From positions 46,577 to 100,806 of the forward strand of contig NMRA01000517.1 of NCBI GenBank assembly GCA_002633005.1: a stretch of DNA of 54,230 nt. The letters run 5' to 3'. Within the stretch, counting starts at the first letter, position 1. Every line of letters starts with the position of its first letter. This DNA comes from Phoronis australis (lineage: Eukaryota; Animalia; Phoronida). A model generated the notes under the pieces. The model was given only the letters and a program-made list of their open reading frames with translations, made no database searches and was not told the origin of the DNA. The position numbers and the translations under genes were made by a program. Below, piece by piece: positions 11,811 through 23,565 of this stretch.

Positions 11811-12410
11811 TCATGCCTTGAGCTGCACGTGATGTCCGGGGTATGTGGGTGGCTGTGCCCCATAGTACATTTCGTGCTGGACGCCAGGAGCCATCATAAC
11901 TGCCCCTCCTTGCGGAACATATCCTTGTTGGATAGCGACTGTTGCTTGTGGGTAAACCTGGCCTGTAACAACCGTAGTTACAGTATCTGGACGTACGCGA
12001 CAGCAGTACACGGAGGCCATGATGGAAATAAAAAATTCAGCTGCTGCAAACAAAAAGATTGGAATATGTGCACCACTGAACACCAAAAGATATCCATAAC
12101 GTTTTGGTATAGCAAAATAGCCTGCTTCTCCTGTCAATATGGCCGCCATCACGGTAGCTACGATGCAGAAGCCCATATGAAGGTTACATCGCTGTTTAGT
12201 TTTCACTGCAATCCCCGTTGCTCCCGCCACGATAAACCAAATTTCAGTCCAGATTTCGACCAGTCCCCCTCTGTAAACCATTACAAAGCCGTAAATAATG
12301 TAAATTACGATGCCGTTGATGAGGCAAAGACTGCCAAGCACCAGTTGTGTAATGGCCAGGCGGTTAATGAGTGTTAAGTAGTGATCTTGTCGAGGCTCGG
12401 GCGGCTGCAT
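11811..12410 (-). CDS. MS4A/CD20-like four-transmembrane protein, 199 aa, single coding exon
   Basis: Four hydrophobic segments, LAITQLVLG and IWxxIWFIVAGATGIA motifs, EFFISIMASVYCC at the end of TM4 and a P/Q/Y-rich tail, as in invertebrate CD20-like proteins; splice acceptor at 12422-12423 just upstream of the ATG. Confidence 0.82.
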   Translation of the reverse strand: MQPPEPRQDHYLTLINRLAITQLVLGSLCLINGIVIYIIYGFVMVYRGGLVEIWTEIWFIVAGATGIAVKTKQRCNLHMGFCIVATVMAAILTGEAGYFAIPKRYGYLLVFSGAHIPIFLFAAAEFFISIMASVYCCRVRPDTVTTVVTGQVYPQATVAIQQGYVPQGGAVMMAPGVQHEMYYGAQPPTYPGHHVQLKA

Positions 12411-13489
12411 TTTCTTTCAAACTGCAATGAAGGAAAATATATAAAAATGCGACTCGGCGAAGTCCAACTTTGTTTCGGTCACCCCGTCCACTTATTCGCC
12501 GATCCCCATTTGTTGCTTATAAGTCGGGTCCAGTTCGTTTTTTTTTTCGAATGTGAAATGACAAGATTTGAGGCTTAAAGTGTTGGCGGGCCGTACGCCG
12601 GCGTACAGGTCTTGTCTACGGATATGTAAATATGGTGGGGAGATTTTGATGGTATTAAAAATAAAACATCAAATTAGAAAACCAGGGATTAACTAAGAAC
12701 CCGCTGCGTTTCACACGTTTCGTTGTGGGCGAAAAATGCTTCAATAATTATGTTAATCTACTGATGGATCTTGGATGGGTGCAACCACTATTTTCCATGG
12801 AAAATGTTCGCATACGTACTAAAAGCGTTATTGAGATGCGTTTTTCATTCTGTCCGTAGGGGTACAGTCTATGAAGTCTCGCTCATTTTAAGCTGATATC
12901 GCTATGTGTTTCCTACGTAACAATATCATCACGTACAAATACTATTACAATTGAAGCAGCATTACGCCCTGTAAGCTGGATAACGGAAATCAAATTAGTC
13001 CAAATACTCACATGACATAGGTCCATTAATATTCCTTACATTGAGAGAATCCTATTTCCGTTACCAACAACTAAGAACATCAAAATCATCAATGGCTCAA
13101 TGAGATAGCACAATTTTTTCAGAGGGACTGGCCAACAATAAAATAGAATATTCGGAAGAGGTGCGCGCACACCTTGCCTGTGACGAGTTCGTAACGGGAA
13201 TAGAAGACTATCACAGTAAGCGATAAGATTGGCTTTACGAGAGTAAAATGTTTAATTTATTTAGTTTTCGTATTTTTAGCCAGCTAAACAAAGCAACTTA
13301 CAACTTTGATTCATGTGGACATAACAAATTAATACTCTCGGGATGTGTCAAAAACTTTTACATGTTTTTTGTCTGTTTATTTTATCGAAAATGTAATCAA
13401 CGTTAAATAACACTAGCCCATAACGCGGCCGAAAATGTTTCTATTTGCGTGCTGTGTGTGTGCTTCGTGTAGAGTACACGATGTCTTAC

Positions 13490-13575
13490 CTGTATCAGCT
13501 GGTGCTGGTCAAACGTAGAGGTCGTGTTACAGCGATAGTCTGTTCACGACCAGGTGTTTACAGGGTATTTATAAA
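13490..13575 (-). promoter_or_regulatory. Non-coding first exon and TATA box of the MS4A-like gene
   Basis: CAG|GTAAGA donor (exon ends at 13490), TATAAATA at 13566-13573 on the minus strand; block conserved in the paralog at 21776-21850. Confidence 0.6.
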
Positions 13576-14715
13576 GTTGCGAAACATCGGCCTTCTCAGA
13601 ACGCCTCCTTGATTCCAAAAAGTTGTCAACAGAGGCACAGTTTCCTGGATGATAAGGATCGAGCTGACAAGTTGATTGGCCTTCAGTCGCTACGTCACTT
13701 CTCGGTCAATAAGTTACGACCGATAAAGAACAAACAGCGAGATATTTCTCAGTCAACTAGTTCAAGAGCGTGATGCTTCCGCACAGGGCTATAAATTCCG
13801 TGGCCCCTGTAAGACTGACTCAACTTCCTGTTTTCCACGAATGTGTTGACTTCGTGTGTACACGTCACGTACATACTTGTCACCTTTTTACCGTAACAAA
13901 ATAACGAAAGGGTTAAACGCACGAGACCGATAAGATTTTGCTGGCTTTAGGGTGACTGGAATAGAGGTGGGGCTGGGGGTAACAGAAAAAACGAGTGAAA
14001 TATCACCAAAATCAGAGGAAATTTATAGTTGTATTTTACTATCGTTGTCGGAATGGGTGAAAGTTACGCACTTAAATTACGTGTGTAAATTAATTATTGT
14101 TAATGACGTCCATTAAATCTTTACAGCGGGATTTCCTGATGCCTTTAAGAAAATTTTTACGGCGTAAAGTAAATATTTACCGCGTAAATTTTATGCGTTG
14201 CGCTTTACAAAAGCAAAATATGCGCAGCGCAAAAAGGCGTAAATTATAAAATTACGTGCGCAATTTACAGTGACAAATAACTAACTTATGTGCAAAATTT
14301 GCTTCAGAAAAAATTCATTCACACCATTAGCGATTACTTAACGCTGTAATTAAAGCAGGAATGTTCATGAGCCATGTGAAGTGTCTTTAGGCCCTTTTAC
14401 ATAATGTTAACCTCGCTACACTCGAACTTCGATGTTAACAATCGTTGCCCCCGAAGTTAAGCTATACTGTTCACATCAGCTTAAGATTTATTGAGTGAAT
14501 TCAGCGAAGTCATCGCCAGGGGTAGCGATAATGATGACCTTCACATTCTACAAACATGGACGATGACTTAGAAGTTCACCAAATACATGATCAATTGAAA
14601 CAAAGTGCTTATCCTACCATAGTAATAAATATTAGAACAACATATGAAAAATGTTATAAAGTCACTGGCCGCTTGCTGGCAAACCCCGACAGTGACCCCT
14701 GTTGATAACTCTGGT

Positions 14716-15270
14716 CAAGTCAAGTCATTTTATACATAGTCGGTATAAGTGATACGAGGGAAAACTCAGGCTAGTATACCGACAAATAAATACATAAATT
14801 ATAGAATAAATAAGTATGAAATTAAAACAAATAAAATACTTTATACATGATTAAAGGATTAAACAATTAGCACCGTAGGGGAGATTATGTTTGAATCAAG
14901 GGCAGTCTCTGCACTAGCACAGTCTCTGCACTAGCACAGTCTCTGCACTAGCACAGTCTCTGCTCTAGCACAGTCTCTGCACTAGCACAGTCTCTGCACT
15001 AGCACGGATGCTCAGTCCTTGACATATTGCACAAATGTCTTTAAATGTAGGCTTCATCTCGCCTCCTCTGATAAAGAGTTCCACAAATTAGAGCCATAGG
15101 CTCTGAAAAATCGTAGACCATACCGAGTAGTTCTGCACTGGGGAATGTTTGACGTCCTGTTGGATGATCTCAATTATATGGGGTCCTGCGAATTTTTGAG
15201 AAAGTCCCACAGAAATGGGGGTGACAAGTGGTTTAAAATTTAGAAAGCTTCTTTTAGAATCATTCTCTGC
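14716..15270 (-). mobile_element. CR1/L2-type LINE 3' fragment
   Basis: Minus-strand remnant ILNHLSPPFL...IPQCRTTRYGLRFFRAYGSNLWNSL resembles the CR1/L2 ORF2 C-terminus; short caagt repeat tail at 14716. Confidence 0.65.
14903..15005. repeat. 17-bp tandem repeat cagtctctgcactagca x6
   Basis: Near-identical direct copies. Confidence 0.9.
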
Positions 15271-16005
15271 CCACCAAGCTCTTATAACATTCCGTTTTCA
15301 TAAGCAAATTCGTTGGTTTTTAGATTTAGATGTTCCTGTACTAACGAAAATCGACGGATTCATAGATTAGTTTTGACAATTAGAAGCTAATCTTGTAAGA
15401 ATTGTTCATGTTTCATTGAACTTAGCTGCAACTTGATATTGGAAAAACTCTATAATCCGATCCCCAACTAGTGAAGTACACTTATACAATTTTTGCTTAT
15501 CTAAAATAATTCTCAGACATTGATGAAATTCGAACAGTTCCCAAAAATGTACTCACAACTCAAATGAAAACAATTGCATTGTTTTTTAACTTAGGTACGA
15601 GACTTGCATTTTTCAATTTAAGTTTAAAATCTCACAAACAGGATATCAAAGGAGAATTACGTCATTAAATCAAGATAAACGCATTGCTCATGCTGTAATT
15701 CAAATTCAGGTATGAGATTAATCTTTTCTTCCTCTTTCGTTTGGTCATGGACTTCGCTTTTTGGTGCTTGTTTACTGAGTAACGATTTTGTTAACATACC
15801 TAATGTAAACAGTTTAAATTGATAGTGAACCTGAAAACCGTCACGTACATATCCTTCTGCGTCAGGCCAACAAAGCCGACCATAAGTGTGTGGCACGAAC
15901 AGTTCCTCACGTGACTTCACTGGTTTGCCCGGGGCCATTGGAGGCAGTGAAGATAATAATATAATCAACCGGGCTTGGAAGTGGTAGTTGAAGATTTACA
16001 TTTTG

Positions 16006-16243
16006 CATGAACGCACCCAGGGGGGCTTGGGGGCTCGAGCGCGCCTCCCATTTAGTGAAGTGGGAAAAAAGGTCCGCCTCAGAGAAACAAAAAGTCCACT
16101 AAACAAGCACAAATGCGCAATTCACATGGGTGCCCGTTTTTTTTTTTTTTTTTTTTTTTTTAGTCTGTCCGCTTTTTTGTTACCAAAAGGTCCACAACGT
16201 CTTCAATCCGACCCCCCTATATTGAAGACTGAGTGCGTGCATG
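16006..16243. mobile_element. MITE with CATG termini; partial relative at 7448-7627
   Basis: TIR catgaacgcacccag / ctgagtgcgtgcatg; flanks ttttg / tgttg (5-bp TSD with one mismatch). Confidence 0.65.
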
Positions 16244-16277
16244 TGTTGAGTTATAAATGTTAATGGGAAACCTTCTG

Positions 16278-18767
16278 CAAAGAGTGGATACCTATTAGGG
16301 ACACATTGGCTAATTGCACAAAGGTTGTCATTACACTGGGAATGCCGAGAACGCAATGGAATAGTTGTGAACACTGAGGTCTGTGCACTCATTGAAGAGA
16401 ACAGCAAACCAACGGATGCCATTATCTTCACAGATGGGTCAGGCGTCAGGGGTGTCAAATCAGAATGGGGATTGACCTAACGCCAGGATTATGACTGACG
16501 ACTTAACTGACCAATCAGAACGTAATATTCCTGACGCACCTTCGTCTGCGTTTCCAAGCCGCCATTGTATCCGACAAACAACACGTTGTCGGTAAAGCTT
16601 GTTTTAGTCTATAGGTCAAGAAATTGTGCGATAAGAATGTTGAAACGGAGTTGAGATGGCGTGTGTAATTCTGACAGCCGTTATACTGCTCGAGAAGAAT
16701 ATCCCGTCACTTTTTGTGCATTCCCTAAGCCGGAAAGTAATGTCGACTGTGCAAACGACGGATCCGACTGTGCAAACGATGGATCAAACTGTGTGGACGG
16801 CCGCACGAGCGGCTAAACTTTAACTTGGCAATGTTGCTGGATTACTCGAAGGTTAAACACAAATACATTTGTTCCACATTTCAGTTTGGTGGCTATCTGA
16901 CTTTGACTACGGAGTTTCACTCTTCTGGGCGCCTGTGCCTCGGCATCTGCTGGACATCCCAGCACTACTCTTGTCCCCGGAAATTGTTATTTTTAAGGTC
17001 ATTTTTATTATTTTTCATAATTTCGACCTGTAATGGACATCGTTTTGTTTCGTAGCAGAGCTACATTTTTGTTATTCATATACCCGTAGGTTGGCGTTCA
17101 ACTGAACTTCTCACCAAAATTGACAGATTTGATCGGCACAGGGAGGGGCACTAGAATACTGAACTCAAAATCTCGTTCGAGCTGTTGTCATGAAAAAATA
17201 AACAGTTGAATTACTTTTTGTTGAGAACCTCTAGTAAAGTTAGGGAGAGTTCATTTTGTAGTTGTTCAAACATGATACTTGGACTTATGAAGCTTTAAAA
17301 AACAATTTTAGTTATTTTTGTAAATGGCCATTTTTGCCAGTGCACCAGGCTTGTCATCTTTTGTAACCATACCACAACTTAGTGATCATGCTACTTTTAA
17401 AATTAAATGAAAGCTACCATTATGCAATGAAACTAAAAAAATGTGAAGTTCACCTGAAGATTGGCCTAACTTAAATGTCTTTATGGTGCACTGACTTAGG
17501 GCCACATCCATGCATTAATTTGACTTAGACACAGTCCTAGACCTACTGGAGCTAACTGCTTTCCTAGGACAAGACGAGAATGTGCCTGAGCTATAAACCC
17601 GATTTTTTTAATCAAAATATTTCGCTCGAAGATTAGAAAAGTATAAACAGTGTTATCGACTCGACCTTACTCGGAGAATCCCATCAGTTGTGACCTACCT
17701 TTCATTTGGTGTAATTTAGCAGACGGCAGAATAAAAATATCGGCGAACCTTCACAGATTTTGTTCGAAATATCCTGAAATCTATGACATCGTACAGATAA
17801 TTCGACTTTAAGGTACATACCCAGCTTTACATTAACATATTGCAACAGTGGCCTTGTCAGTTTTCAAGTGAAGGTGAACCCCGTGTGGGGTTCTTCGGAT
17901 TTTCGCTGGCTCCGAAATACTTTTCCTCGAACACTTACTTTATCATCGTGGCCTTCACAAATTCCCTAATGATGAACGTACGATTCTTAACTGAAAAGCA
18001 TCGCCTGTTGTCTTTGTCAAAGCGGTTTCGGAAAGTGCAAAATACACTCATCAATGCCACCAGGAACGTGATTTAGCGACAGCGTATTTGCTTTTGACAT
18101 CTTGTTCGTTTGTCGGGTGTCACGTGACTTTTCGCAAGGGGGCGGAGCTTGCTATAGGCCAATTCACAGCACGCGTGAGAGGTCGATGTGTTGCAGAGCA
18201 AAGTGGTGCATACTTGATGACAACCAGCAGCATGCGGATGGAAAAGCAGGCAGCCACGGCTCTCGGTTGGCTCCGTACCACCAGCTACACAGGGGCAGTG
18301 ATTGCTACGGACTCGCAGAGCACGCTACGCAAAATCAAAAGTGGCTTCATTAAACCAGAATGGAAGGATGCAATAAAAGGAAGCAGGCTGAAATGCCTGG
18401 TGTGGTTGTTTACCCCTGGACATGCTGGAGCGACGGGGAATGAAAGAGCAGATGATCTGGCAGGAAAGGTAGAGCTTTTGGAAGATGTCACTTGGAGCAA
18501 GAAGGATGTTTTGATGGCACTGAAAGGCCAGGAGATGGAAGCTTCCTCAGAAAGCACCACCCTGGATTGACTAACTGAGCTTTATGTTGCCAGAGGAAGC
18601 GGCATCAGAACCACCTTACGTGGAGAAAAAAAAGATACCGGATTAACCAGCTCAACATGGGAACCATCAGCAGTGTGACTCTTTCTTGGCTGCTGCAGAG
18701 AAGGACTGAGCATTTGTGGACCTGTCCAATGTGCAGTGATGTCTATCCCTGAGACAATGACAATGAC
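16278..18767 (+). mobile_element. 5'-truncated RNase H-encoding non-LTR retrotransposon, interrupted by a DNA transposon
   Basis: RNase HI motifs IIFTDGS (~16420-16441), then after the insert RMEKQA, IATDSQS, PGHAGATGNERADDLA; C-terminal CPMC; (gacaat)n tail; 16-bp TSD aatggga(a/c)accttctg at 16262-16277 and 18768-18783. Confidence 0.85.
16473..18161. mobile_element. Internally deleted ISL2EU-like DNA transposon (THAP ORF remnant on +, convergent second ORF remnant on -)
   Basis: Termini tgaccta / taggcca with AT duplication; removing it restores the RNase H frame WGFTAR; degenerate THAP domain at 16637-16882 (CNSDSRY...FPKP...KRWIKLCGRP...YICS); minus-strand VRGKVFRSQRKSEEPH...CKAG at ~17821-17932. 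Confidence 0.7.
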
Positions 18768-19327
18768 AATGGGACACCTTCTGACGACAGCAGCTTGGTT
18801 GTCTCTGATAAAGTCAACAAAAACTACCTGTGATAAGCAATTTGGCATTTTAAATTTAATTCTTATAGTTTTAGTAATTATTATGAACAACAGTTCTATT
18901 CGCAACTCCTGGTGTGTAGCCATGCGTGTCAAGCAGAATGGTCAACAATATGGTTAAAAGTATACAAGTGTGAAGTTACATTCATTTTATGTGAAAGTTA
19001 TTCTGATATAACACTGAAACTACAAGCGCTTAGTAAAACTCTTAGTGCAGTTTTCCTTTTAAATTTTCTGTCACATCCCGTGCCAATTTAGAGAAGGTAA
19101 AGGGGCTGCTGTTCCGGGCTGCATAACCTTCGAGTGACCCTGGAGGCCTTTGGATATGGAATTTGCTGAAACTGGAATATTTCTCGAGAGTTTAATAATT
19201 CATTGTACAGGAAGAAAGTATCTCAACGACGGCATACGGTCCGCTCGAATCTTGGACTGTTGTCTGTAAAATCCGGGGTACTGTCAAACTGTGACGTTTC
19301 GGCCGAGTAATTTGTTGCACACGTGAC

Positions 19328-19917
19328 CCACATCTTGGGCTGTAGGTACTGTCTAGGGTATGTGAGTGGCTGTGCCCCATGACAAGCTTCGCCGTGCTAG
19401 GCTACAGGAGTCATCATAACAGCGCCTTCTTGCGGAACATTTCCCTGTTGGACAACGCCTGTTTCTTGTGGGTAAACCTGGCTAACTCTGTCTGGGCGCA
19501 CGCGACAGCAATATACGGAGGCCATAATGGAAACGTAGAATTCAGCTACCGCAAACAAAAAGATAGCAATATGAGGGGGGCTGTATATTATCAAGCCATA
19601 TCCAAATGTATAGGTAGAGCAAAATAGATTGCTTCTCCCGACAATATGGCTGCCATCACGGTAGCCACGATGCAGAAGCCCATGTGAAGGTTGCATCGCT
19701 GTTTAGTTTTCACTGCAATCCCCGTTGCTCCCGCCACGATAAACCAAATTTCAGTCCAGATTTCAATCAGGCCCCCTCTGTAAACCAATACAAGTCCATA
19801 AGAAATGTAAATGACGATGCCGTTGATGAGGCTAAGACTGCCAAGCACCAGCTGTATAATGGCCAGGGAGTTAATGAGAGTTAAGTAGTGATCTTGTCGA
19901 TGCTCGGTCGGCTGCAT
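19328..19917 (-). pseudogene. Disrupted paralog of the MS4A/CD20-like gene
   Basis: N-terminus near-identical to 11811-12410; 1-nt deletion near 19605-19610 splits it into ORFs 19591-19917 and 19397-19696; CAG>TAG at 19397-19399; TATA box deleted. Confidence 0.8.
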
Positions 19918-20749
19918 TTTCTTTCTAACTGGAAGAAAGGAAAATATATAAAATGCGAATCGACAAAAGATGATTCAACACAAAGGCTGCTATACTTCAG
20001 CCGCTTTCACGATCGTCAAGAAAAAACAAAGCGGCCGTTAGAGGACAAAATATGTTGCAGTCAAGGATACCCAACTTCGTTTCGGTCACGTGACAAATTA
20101 AGATCTTAGTCTTATAGTGGTGACAAGCTGTCACAGGCCCGATCACACTTTTTGTAAGGAGGTTAGATTTTGTAGCAAACCGGTGATGGAAACTAACAGC
20201 TCGCTGCGTTTCAAACGCTTCGTTTGGGGCGGAGTGTCCTAGTATCCACCATTTTGGATGGATGCAACCACTATTTTTCAAGGAAAATGTTCGTATAGGT
20301 CCTAAAAGTGGTATTCAAATGCGTTTTTTATTCTGTCTGGAGGGGGGGGGGGCAGTCTATGATGTCTCGCTCATTTAAAGCATATTGCTGTATTGTGTTT
20401 CCTACGTAACATCATTACGTACAAATACTGTTTCAATCGAAGCTGGATTTCACCCTACTTGCTGACTATCAAAAATCAAATTAGTCCAAATACTCGCATG
20501 ACATCGGTCCCTTAATATTCTTTACATTCATGAGAGGATTCTATTTCCGTTACCCACAAGAAAATCAAAACCATCAATGGCTCAAAATAACACGGTAATC
20601 GGCCCAATGGCTCAAATTAACACAACACGGTAGTAGGGCCAATACCAAAATAGAAAAGTCGTAAATGGTGCACAAGTACACATTGCCTAAGACGGGTTTG
20701 TAATGACGGCATTGAGGCGGGGGGGGGGGGGGGGGCTGGATGGCAGGAG

Positions 20750-20869
20750 NNNNNNNNNNNNNNNNNNNNNNNNNNNNNNNNNNNNNNNNNNNNNNNNNNN
20801 NNNNNNNNNNNNNNNNNNNNNNNNNNNNNNNNNNNNNNNNNNNNNNNNNNNNNNNNNNNNNNNNNNNNN
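20750..20869. other. Assembly gap (120 N) within a G-rich tract
   Basis: N run, with G runs plus ctggatggcaggag on both sides. Confidence 0.95.
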
Positions 20870-21984
20870 GGGGGCAGGGGGGCGGGGGGGGGGGGAGGGC
20901 CTGGATGGCAGGAGACTACTAGATTGGGCTCACACCCAATTGCAAGTGTCCGATTTTGACAACCGGCGTATCCATAACGCCGGTAACTATGACTAAGTAA
21001 TGCCGTTCTCAGGCAATATATGCGTGACGATGCGCACTATCACTTCGTTTATATCGTCTGCTCCAATGTGCAATGAAGAAAATTACTTCATTTATTCGAA
21101 AAAAACGAAATCTGAGTGACGATGAAAGAACGGAAGCTGCTGATAAGATGTATGTTTTAATCGCACCCTTAGTGAATCACTCAGAAACTCAGAATTCTCT
21201 CTTTTTGTCGAACATTAAAGTTAAGACTCGCTTACAAAGCAATCAAGTGGTTTATGCTGATTCCAAAAGTGGGTTTGGTCTTTTGCACAAAATAAACAGT
21301 TTTAAAGACAGCAATCTAGTATGCTATGAACTGGCTGCACAAAATATAAAGCATGTTATAAATATTACGGAAAGATGCAGGTTCGCGCGCAAACGCTGTG
21401 AACCATAAACACGTATGAGTCTTTGTCTTGTGGAGCATACCAAATTAATTGCTAGCTTTTAGAGGCATAACCAAAATTTTCCCTTCGGCGGGAGTGGGAA
21501 AACCCCCTCCGCCACTGGTAAGGATAATAAAAAGGTTGACTTTACCAGAGTAAACTGTTTAATTCGATTTTTGTAATTTCTACGTAGCTAAACAAGGCGA
21601 AATAAATTGTGACTCGTATGTGGAAACGTAAGATTAAAAGTGTCAGGATGTGTCAAAAACTTTGTTTGTTTTTGTCGGAAATGTAATCAACGCGTACGTT
21701 AGCCCATAAAGCGGCCAAAAACGTTTCTATCTGTGTGCTGTGTATAGACTTCGTGTATAGTAAACAATGTCTTACCTGAATTAGCTGGTGTTGGTCAAAC
21801 GCAGAGGATGTGTTGCAGCTTGAGTCTGTTGACGACGAGCTCAGTGTTTACAGAACGCCTCATTGATTCCTGGTAGCTATCAACAGAGACACAGTTTCCT
21901 GGCAGATAAGGATTTAGAAGTTGAAAAGCTTTCAGTCGCTACGTCACTTCTTAGCCAATGCCACTGAGAGGTTGACAGTGTGTG

Positions 21985-22925
21985 TGTTTAAAAGGTACCT
22001 ATGCTTTGAGATTGTGCGTGGATGGAGAGAGAATGGCTAAATCCAGTAATAAATTTATTAATTAACCACCAATTGATGCTCATGAATCCTAAGTTCTTTA
22101 ACAACGAAGAAAAGTAACTACGCTAGCTCCCTTTGTAAGGATTACTTCAATCAATTAACCATAAACCAATCAAACGTCTTATCTGCTATCCAAGCTTTAG
22201 GACTAGCGACACTCGGATGACAGTAGGCCTACTGTTGGTCGATCCTCGAACTTACTACGACTGTGTTCTTGCTTGTCAGTCACTCGTGATGCAACACTTG
22301 CAGGCAGAGACCCACCACTTCTCTTGCTGGTCACAGTCTCTCGTGACACAGAAATTGCAGGGAGTTTCTACCTGCAATTCCTGCTGGTCACAGTCGCTTT
22401 AAGTGACGCAACACTAATTGCTGGCAGTATCTTCTACCCACAATTCCTCTTGCTGGTCACAGTCTCTCGTTTATGGGCGCGCTCTGTGACGCGCTCCAAG
22501 GGCTGCCGCAAGAGCTCCTCTGTACAGCTTCACCCGTAGGTCTATAACTGAACTGTGTTTCACTTGAGCAATATACTTGTCAACTTGAATTCATTGAAGA
22601 AGGATATTATTCAAAGAATGCAATTATTAATTAATATTCAAACGGTAATTACTGGATTCAAAACAATTCAACACAACCACGTAAACCTGAAAGTCTCCCG
22701 GAGTGGCCCCATGTCAAGTTCGTGCCGGGGTTTGTTCAAAAGGTAGCTATGCTTTGTGATTGTGCTTAGATGAAGAGAGACTGATTAAATCCAGTAATTA
22801 ATATATTATATGATAACTACTAATTAAAACAAGTAAAACCTGTTGTTAATTGAATAATCTAACAATGAAGAGAAACTACGCTAGCGCCCTCTGTAAGAAA
22901 TACTTCAATCAATTTACTATAAATA
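21985..22925. repeat. Diverged ~185-bp direct repeat pair (21985-22165 and 22733-22925), possibly LTR-derived
   Basis: Shared aaaaggta.ctatgctttg.gattgtgc...taaatccagtaat...aactacgctagc...tacttcaatcaatt. Confidence 0.55.
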
Positions 22926-23565
22926 ATCTAGTTCAGATTTCATTCCAAATTAACTCGCAAAACACGCAAGGTATTTTTGTAAAAAACAGCGGTCTTATTC
23001 ATATGTCGCTCGGGAAAAAAAACTAGGCATCTTAAAGCAAAATCGTAACACGTTTTTGAGACATAAGAATAAGTTGTCTTTTTAAAAAAAATAGTAAAAA
23101 ACGGTTGGGGGTTGTTGTTATGAATGTACCTTTCTTGCAGATGAGAATTTGACTTAAAATCCTATGCAGACCGTGCATAGTAACAGGAAGCATTATTTTA
23201 GTAATCCTCAATCAATCTCCTTTCAGGAAATATACAGTTTTAATGTTTGACAAAGCATAATTTTTTCGATATTTGACTTAGATTTGATGTCGTTTATTAA
23301 GGTCCCAGATACCCTTAAAACGATCCCCGCGACAATAATCTGCAAGGTTTAAGGTTACTGACATCATAGTCGCGGGGCGGGTGGGGGGGTTATCGAGAAA
23401 ACAAGCGAGATCACCAAATCACCAAAAGGGAGACACTGTGGCTCCTGACTCCCGTTTGAGAGACTTGAGAGTGCATGGTCAGCAATGAGGAGTTCTAGAA
23501 CAAAGTTCTTGTGCTTCTCTACTGCCTAACATGAATTACAGTTGGCTCTATTACACCTACCTCTT

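Noticed and set aside
11628-12377. 249-aa plus-strand ORF, the longest in the track
   Set aside because: Antisense shadow of the MS4A-like CDS, with no recognisable motifs; broken in the paralog.
18088-18570. Stand-alone cellular RNase H gene
   Set aside because: It lacks the first catalytic motif, which lies 1.7 kb upstream, and it sits between LINE TSDs with a repeat tail.
21073-21408. 111-aa ORF in the pseudogene intron
   Set aside because: It lies in sequence absent from copy 1 (probably an insertion) and has no motif I can recognise; cannot be supported without a search.
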